Shown: piece after piece, positions 34,235-41,487 of the stretch
Layout of the letters: the number at the start of each line of letters is the position of its first letter
Position numbering within the stretch: position 1 is the first letter of the stretch
Origin: Dimargaris cristalligena
Lineage: Eukaryota
Direction: 5' to 3'
Length of the DNA stretch: 41,487 bases
NCBI GenBank assembly: GCA_003614675.1
Contig: ML002327.1
Coordinates: 1-41,487 of the forward strand
Position numbers and translations under genes: made by a program
The notes under the pieces: model-generated
What the model saw: the letters and a program-made list of their open reading frames with translations, nothing else
What the model was told of the DNA's origin: nothing
The model's database searches: none

Positions 34235-34687
34235 TTTAAGAATATGCAACAACACTGATAAAATGAACTGTATAATACTACCAGTAGGAAATAAAAAAAA
34301 ATATAGAGCCCAAATATCAAGTATAACTATGGAAATAAGTAGGGCTGGGGATAAAGCTGTCAAAAAATAAATATATAGTAAACGGAGGGGTGGATGCTTG
34401 ATTAAAGATGAAAAGGGCATCTAATCTGAAGGACTTCATCCCCGATTAGAAAATAATAAGTAGGGGGGCGGGGCAGGTTTAATGGTTGAGGATGGACTCA
34501 GATAAAGGGGGAAGTGAAAGTACTCGGTTAAGTGGATATAGTACGGTACAGCCTCATTGTTATATATTTTCACAGGTGCGATACCCATTGACACCTGTAC
34601 TTTACCAACTCACCATTACCACCATACTCATGACAGTAATAATAGTAATAATAATACGAAGCCATCTCCTACCCTCATGTTTATAAC

Positions 34688-36231
34688 CTAATCTTTCGGG
34701 TCGCCAATACCATCATCATTAATAGCGAACACCGCCTCCGCCTCGGGCAGGCACGGCGAATCGTAAATTTTACAAATACGAGTTTCCCCCCGCCCTTTAC
34801 GCAGGTACAGCCGGGTGGTGGACGCATGGGCCATAATATTCCCGCCGATGGGTTTTTTCGGGTCGGGGTTAAACATAGCCATACCACCATCGACCTGGGC
34901 CACCACCTGGTTAGTAATGACCACCGCCACGCCGAATTCGTCCGCGACCCGGAGCAACATCCGGAGGAACCGGGCCAGGTGCATTTGCCGGGCCGAGAGT
35001 TCCCCACGGCCGGAGTAGTCCGTGCGATACAGGGCCATGGCGCTGTCGACAATGAGAAGGGAGAACCGCGATTCGGCCATGAGGGCCGACGCCTGGATCA
35101 GTAGGGCCGACTGGTGGTCCGAGTTGTAGGCCCGCGCGATGACGACATTGTCAAGAACTTCGTCGCCGTTGAGACCGTACCGCGCCGCTACCGATAAAAG
35201 GCGGTCCGGTCGGAACGTGCCCTCCGTGTCAATATACAGACACTTGCCCTCCCCGCCCCCCATTTCGATGGGCAGTTGGCAGGTCACCGCCAAAGTATGG
35301 CACAGCTGGCTTTTGCCCGTCCGGAACTCGCCGAAAATCTCGGTGATGGAGCCCGTTTCGATGCCGCCCCCGAGGAGTTTATCCAGGTCTTTGGCCCCCG
35401 TGGAAATGCTCACGAGTTCCGCCCGTTTGAGGTGGAACTCGGTGGCGGTGGTGAACCCCATGGGCACGATCTTGGACGCTTCGGCTAAGATTTTGTCGGC
35501 CTTGGCCTCGGAAATACCCTTGACCTGGAGGAGTTGCTTCTTGGGGGTATAAGCCACCGCTTCGACGGTGTAATACCCGGCCTCCTTGAGTTTCTTGATA
35601 TCGGCGGCACCAATACCAACGGCCTACATACAGAGGAGACGAATGAATGGTAGGTCCATGAAGGAGGAGGTGGTGGTGGAGTATACATGCAATGTGATTA
35701 GACCACGAGAATAGCTGTATGAGTATACGGAGAGGTGGATACATAAATTGACTTGGGAATGGAAGCGTTGACCAGGCGAAGGGCCCCAGAGGTGTATACC
35801 AAATGTGAAGTGGAGGTTGAAATGGCCTGACCCCTATAGTTGATAAGGTGCAGTGGTAAGTTGCGGTATTTATTTAACCATCGGGCAACCCCAAGCAGGT
35901 TGTTTGTCCTGCCGATTTCGAAGACAGCCTACTTGTTATTATACTCCATAACCGCCGGTAGAAAAGGCCGCAGCGGGTCAATTATATAAATAATACGGGT
36001 GCATGCAATGGAAGAGAGTTGGGGGTGGTGGCTCACCCACCATTCCCTCTACCGACCCCTTTCGCAGCAAGCTCTGCCATGTGCCGAACATCCAACAAAT
36101 AGGTTGCAATGGCTGGAACAGACCAGGAACTACCAAGTTAGACATACCTCGAGCTGTTCAATGACGGCGGGGCCAGAGACTTCCTCCTCCTCCATAGTCT
36201 CGAGCTCCTCTTCGTGTTGCATTTGCGGCAT
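34688..36231 (-). CDS. RAD51: DNA repair recombinase RAD51; exons 36231-36148 and 35623-34688 (339 aa)
   Basis: Walker [10 protein letters not shown], Walker [25 protein letters not shown] and the FTTA polymerisation motif. The phase-0 intron GTATGT...TGTAG joins [28 protein letters not shown] to [16 protein letters not shown]. Confidence 0.97.
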
Positions 36232-37255
36232 GGTGGTACGATTTCGACGGGTGTAGTGAAGGGGGAGAGCTTACAGGAGTGCAAAATGAAGGAACTATGG
36301 GGATATAAGGTAAAGGTAGAGAGAATGAGCAGGACCAGTTAGTTACTGTAGTAAGTGAAATGGGATAGAATGGAGTGGAGTAGGGGGTGTAACGGTTTAG
36401 GTAAACAGAGTAGTGGGAGTGTGGAGCGGGGAGACGGTGGATAAATAATAGCGGGTCAGTGTCAGGGAGGAGGAGAAAAAAATTAATCAATATAAGGTGG
36501 AGAGGACACCATAAGGTATTCAGGGCGGCGCAGCAAACTACTATGGCTAGTAATTATAGAGAGTAATATAAAAGGAAGAGTGGGAGGGAAGGAAACGTAA
36601 ATGAGAGAATATTTAAATGGTAGGAATAATAGTAGTAGTAGAGTATAATAGCTGGACTTGAGACCCCAAACAACCATTGCCGGTTTATATAAATTTGTAA
36701 ATGTGCTGCGGACGCAGTGCCCGCCTCCCTAAACTGGTGGCAAATCCATTTAGTGTGTGAGTGAGTTGGTTACCATATATTTAGTTTTCCCATGATGGGG
36801 CAATAAAATGATGTCGTCCTTTTGAGGTATATATATATATAAGATGATGTATCTTCTATTGATTTTTGGTGGAAATACCTTTAATCAAAACTATATCTAG
36901 ACTACATTATAGATTGCTGGAAAAATCTTATCAACCAAAAAGGGCGCATGCCAAGGTTTATTTAGTGCAAACACAAAAAGACAGCCAACAATCAAGTGTC
37001 GCTGTTGTTTATGACTGAGTAAATAAAATTGAAGCCAACACACTTCTAGTACATCCCGCTCCTTTAAGTTTATCTGGCATAGAGGCACACGGAGGTAAAT
37101 AAACGAAAAGGAGCGAGGGTATCTCCCCATACTAAAATATAATGTATATAATAAGGTCAAAGCAATCCTTCCACCCTCTTCTTCCCTAGCAACAACAGCA
37201 ACTACCGTCGAGGGAGGGGAAAACAAAGACTCGTCGGCAGACAACGCACAAAAAG

Positions 37256-38959
37256 TTAAGCCGCCACCCGAGTGGTAGAGGCATCCGACTCGGTGGTAAC
37301 GGTGCTCAACTCATCGACCGCTTCGCAGTGACAGCGATTGATGCCATTGGGAATTTCAGCGAGCAACTGGGCCTCGGACCAAATGGGTTCGACCTCCGCA
37401 ACGGATTCCGGTTCAGCCGCTGAGGGCACCACCATACCCACGCCAGCCCGACCACCCTCGGCCGCCCAGTCCTGGGTATACTTCAACTTGTACTGTTTCC
37501 AAATGGTAGCCAGGGCCACCACCAGGTGCTGAGTCATGGCGGGGGTATGGCCTGGGGTAGGCGTGATACGCAGACGTTCCTCGCCGCGCGGGACGGTGGG
37601 GTAATTGATGGCCTGGACGTAAATGTTATGGTCGGTCAGTAACGAGTCGCTGGCCTGTTTACAGAGGTCGGCATCCCCCACCAGAACGGGGACAATGTGG
37701 GAGGGGTTGGGCACGACGGGGATTTGGAGCTCGGCTAACCGGGCCTTGAGTAGTTTGGTATTGATTTGCTGCATCACGCGCTCTTTGGACGACAGCTTAA
37801 GGTACTGGACCGACGCCAGGGACCCAGCCACCACCGAAGGCGGGAGGGAGGTGGTGAAGATAAACCCGGGGGCGTAGGAACGAATCATGTCGACTAGGGA
37901 GGCGGAAGTGGCGATGTAGCCACCCACGACCCCGTAGGCCTTGCCCAGCGTACCGGTGATAATATCGACCTGGTCCAGGACCGAGCCATTCTGACCGTGG
38001 GGGTGGTTGAGGTTGAGCTGGTAGTCCAGGTGCTCGGCCACACCGGCCCCCCGGGGTCCGTACATACCGACGGCGTGCACCTCATCCAAAAAGGTAATGG
38101 CGCCGTATTTCTTAGAGACGCGGCAAATGGCCTCAATATGGCCCACGGTGCCGCTCATGGAGTACACGCTCTCGAAAGCCACAATTTTGGGAGTACCGAC
38201 GGGGAACTGCTGGAGCTTGGCCTCCAGGTCAGCCACATCGTTGTGCTTGAAAATGACCTTGCGGGCGTTGGAGTGGCGGATGCCCTGGATCATGGACGCG
38301 TGGTTCATGGAGTCCGAGAAAATCACGCACCCGGGCAGTTTGGAAGCCAGGGTACTCAAGGTGGCATCGTTGGCGACGTAGCACGAGGAAAACACCAGGG
38401 CGGCTTCCTTGTGGTGCAAGTCGGCCAGTTCGGATTCGAGCCGCAGGTGCAGGTCGGCATTACCGGCGATGTTACGGGTACCACCGGCCCCGGCGCCGTA
38501 GCGGTCCAGCGTCTGTTTCATGCTGCCCACGACACAGGGGTTACGGCCCTGACCCAGATAATCATTACTACACCACACGGTGACCTTGTTGTTGACGTTA
38601 CTAGTGTGGGCAGCGGGAAACTCTTTCGCTAGGCGGTTGATGTTGTTAAAGTAACGGTAACTCTTGTCCTGGTGCTTCTTGTCGAGCTCGGTACGGTAGA
38701 CCTGTTCGTAGTCAAAGGGTTCGCCGGGAGAGGGGGTGGAAACCGACTCCGTAGCAACCTCAGCGGTGGGAGTCTTGGCCGAGGAATGGGTGAAACGGGC
38801 GGACAGGGCCTGGCCCATCACCGGGCAGGCCTGGGCCTTGGAGAGCAGGGCCGAGGCGGGAGCGGTAGGGGTGGTCTGCGAAAGCTGCTTCAAGGCCTGC
38901 ACGGGGGTGCGGGAGATAAAGGGGCAGGCCCGCAGAGCTTGACGCACGCTGTGTTCCAT
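37256..38959 (-). CDS. HEM1: Mitochondrial 5-aminolevulinate synthase, intronless, 567 aa
   Basis: VWCSNDYLG, GAGAGGTRNI, NHASMIQGI, DEVHAVG and the PLP lysine in TGTLGKAYG. The presequence carries CP heme-regulatory motifs ACPF and ACPVM. Confidence 0.97.
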   Translation of the reverse strand: MEHSVRQALRACPFISRTPVQALKQLSQTTPTAPASALLSKAQACPVMGQALSARFTHSSAKTPTAEVATESVSTPSPGEPFDYEQVYRTELDKKHQDKSYRYFNNINRLAKEFPAAHTSNVNNKVTVWCSNDYLGQGRNPCVVGSMKQTLDRYGAGAGGTRNIAGNADLHLRLESELADLHHKEAALVFSSCYVANDATLSTLASKLPGCVIFSDSMNHASMIQGIRHSNARKVIFKHNDVADLEAKLQQFPVGTPKIVAFESVYSMSGTVGHIEAICRVSKKYGAITFLDEVHAVGMYGPRGAGVAEHLDYQLNLNHPHGQNGSVLDQVDIITGTLGKAYGVVGGYIATSASLVDMIRSYAPGFIFTTSLPPSVVAGSLASVQYLKLSSKERVMQQINTKLLKARLAELQIPVVPNPSHIVPVLVGDADLCKQASDSLLTDHNIYVQAINYPTVPRGEERLRITPTPGHTPAMTQHLVVALATIWKQYKLKYTQDWAAEGGRAGVGMVVPSAAEPESVAEVEPIWSEAQLLAEIPNGINRCHCEAVDELSTVTTESDASTTRVAA

Positions 38960-41328
38960 GGTACGGGACTTGATCACAATAAAATAAAAGAGGAGGGGAG
39001 ATCAAGGGAAATAGAGAAAAAGGGAATATAGAGTGAGCTAAAAACCAAAGTGGGTTTCTAGATCACAAGCGAGAAGGGAAAGTGAGGGAATGGGGGAGAA
39101 GGATGGTGCAGAAAGAGAGAGGAAGGTTTAACTAGCTGTATGCGCCGTTAGTAGTTACACTGCTAGTACGTCTACAGCGAATACAATGGCGGTAATTGGA
39201 GATAAATTGGGGGAGATTTATATATATAGATGTGTGTGTATAGTAGTAGTAGAAGGCACTCGCTCACTAAATAACTAACTACAGGCTCTGTGTTTTCTGT
39301 TGGGTAGACCCGGCGCCAATAAATAAATAAGAACCAGGCAATATAAGAGGAGAATGCAACTAATAAATAGTATAACAACCGACTAGTATTAAATAAGGGC
39401 TACCTAAACTAGCAAGCAGTACTGACGCCGCTCAAGGTGCAAAAGAGGGGAAGAGAGTGGTGGTGGGGATGGAGCGCGGGACATGGGCCGGTTTTATTCG
39501 ACGCTCTGACCATTGTGCCGTTAGTTGGGTTGGTTAAGTCCCAGTGCGAGGTTTCAGGCCACTCGGCTTCTCCATAAAGAGAGGTTAGAGGGGGCAGATC
39601 CCAGCCGACCGGTGTGGTTGGACTGTCACTATAATTGTGGAACTCAGTCTTCCCCAACCCACCTTGTCTTCTCCTCTGTTGCTCTGTAGGCAGTGGTGCG
39701 TAAATCCGCCATCCCGTTGCAATGCACCGAAGGGTACTCACTCTCTCGTTCCTTTGTGCAGTAGGCACGCGAACTGTAAAAAGTAATAATAAACAGGCTC
39801 TTATTACAGCCACGGCTGCCCGAGAATATTTATCATTTGGGGTTTGTTAATGTTAAATACTGTGGTGGCCCGCTCACTCATCCAGTGCATTCTTTAATAT
39901 ATATATATATATATATATAGTATGCCCCCAGCCGGATTTTGCGGTAGGTTGGGGCATTCGTGACGGCTAGTGTCCCCAAATGGACAGGGCGCTCCGCGTT
40001 AGCATGTGTGGCTGATTCTGTGGTAAGTGGGAGAATAAGCTGCGTATGATAATGATTATTCATTTACCTATCATCTACCCATCCACATCACTCATGTCTA
40101 GCCAGCCACGCGTCCCACCGGCCCGTTCCCTCCCATCCACCGCTGGGACTGGTGGGCATGGGAAGAATCGGGTGGGGCCAACCAATAGTACGGTATGCTC
40201 TGGATTTGGTGACCATCCCTCGGGTTCGAAAGAGGCACTGTGTAAGTGGGTGTGGGACTTGGTTTATTATGCCAATAATATAATATATGGGCCCATTCCT
40301 ATCAACTTGGGCATGGCCGCACGTGATCTGGATGTCAAATTCAATAAACCCCGTCACATTATTGGGCACATGCGAGGGCCCTATCAAACTATGCCCCCTC
40401 CTAACTCGCCTTTTCCAGCTGAATTTAGGCAATCCTCACCCACCAGCAAAGTACAAAAGAGGGGGAGGAGGGCTCGGCACGGTATCTACCGCATAAAATA
40501 CTCCCAGCCTTATAATATGGCTCGTTTTACAGCCACACCCCTACCTAAGGAACAGAGACAGATCGGGGCATATTGTTGCGCACCTGGCGGGGGGACTGTT
40601 ATTATTACCTCAAATGCAGGAGTAACGCATACCTGGCTGACCAATTCCGCCACCATTTCTTCGTAATATCGAAGCGCCCCCCCATCTTACACACCCACAT
40701 TCGAAGGAACTTCAGCTGGCACAGTCCTACAGAGGACCGTGGCGTGGGTTCCTTCATACCCATGTATCCGTCGCAATACCCTTCGAACCCCATAGTATTT
40801 GCCCGTATGAAGTCGACTGACCAATAATTAAACACCGGCATCAAGAATATTGCCAATGTCTCTGTCCGTCGCTCAATAACCCAAGAGTCCGCGCGTATCA
40901 TAAGCAACGCAGCTGGTATCAAATCTAGAATATACTGTATTATTTCGGGCATTTGGGGGAGCGGGTCTGTGACCCGGAGGCAGGCCAGGAGGGTGCTACT
41001 GATGGCTGTAAAGCACGCTCCTCCTTCTCGATGCATAGGTGAGTAAGTGTCTTAAGAAATAAATAAAAAAGAGGGGGAGAGGTATTTAGTATAGAGGAGT
41101 CCATTCATTTATTCAGTTAATCTGAATCGTACCGGCGTCTTGCTCTAGTTGAATAACCCATTCTGGAATAAATCGGCGTGGCCAACATTACTTCTAAAAG
41201 CAGCCGGCTACAGCTGATTTTTGTGTTTAGAGAGCTTGTGGATATAAACATGGTATTTCAAATTATACGTCAGGCCCACGTTGAATTGATACAATATGAG
41301 ATACTGTGATGGTGGCCCAGACCTGATT

Positions 41329-41413
41329 ATATGAGAGAAGTTCATTCAGGCTGTATAACGAAAAATCCATTGGATGAGACCAAGATTACTGGTTAAAAGC
41401 TATTCTTCCATAT
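41329..41413 (-). mobile_element. MITE right half (outer copy), interrupted at its internal ATAT
   Basis: Reverse complement ATATGGAAGAATAGCTTTTAACCAGTAATCTTGGTCTCATCCAATGGATTTTTCG closely matches 19332-19416. Confidence 0.85.
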
Positions 41414-41487
41414 GGGTGAAGTTCAGCTTGGTTGTATAAGGTTTTAACCGATATGTGTATGGGAAAATTGGTGGGATGTTTATTTTC
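41410..41487 (+). mobile_element. MITE nested copy, truncated by the window end
   Basis: Nearly identical to 19192-19269 (ATATGGGTGAAGTTCAGCT.GGTTGTATAAGGTT...GGGAAAAT.GGTGGGATGTTTATTTTC). Confidence 0.85.

Noticed and set aside
40046-41036. Overlapping ORFs of 206 aa (+) and 143 aa (-); DPLPQMPEII faintly recalls the retroviral RT YPLP motif
   Set aside because: No following RT motifs (DL..G, YxDD) and no coding-like bias.

Overview
Eukaryotic, most likely fungal, genomic DNA: GT-AG introns with CTAAC/CTAAT-like branch sites, GC-rich exons and AT-rich intergenic tracts. The gene content and style suggest an early-diverging fungus; this is inference, not proven. Four conserved genes are clear, all on the minus strand: a NoxA/gp91phox-type NADPH oxidase, a 4-exon WD40 Cdt2/DTL homologue, a 2-exon RAD51 and 5-aminolevulinate synthase (HEM1). 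Four lineage-specific minus-strand genes are also present: a Ser/Pro-rich protein with a very long ATG-depleted leader and one uORF, a 4-TM PPxY protein, and two secreted proteins. A small plus-strand ORF is also possible. The intergenic DNA holds an apparently unannotated mobilome. It includes nine copies of a 144-bp ATAT-flanked MITE with ~30-bp TIRs that nests into the same internal site of its own family in both orientations, two related solo-LTR-like sequences, three copies of a decayed coding relic, and a ~0.9-kb duplicated unit whose short Pro-rich ORF shows many synonymous changes. Two repeat-rich blocks are almost free of CpG. No rRNA, tRNA or CRISPR array was recognised.
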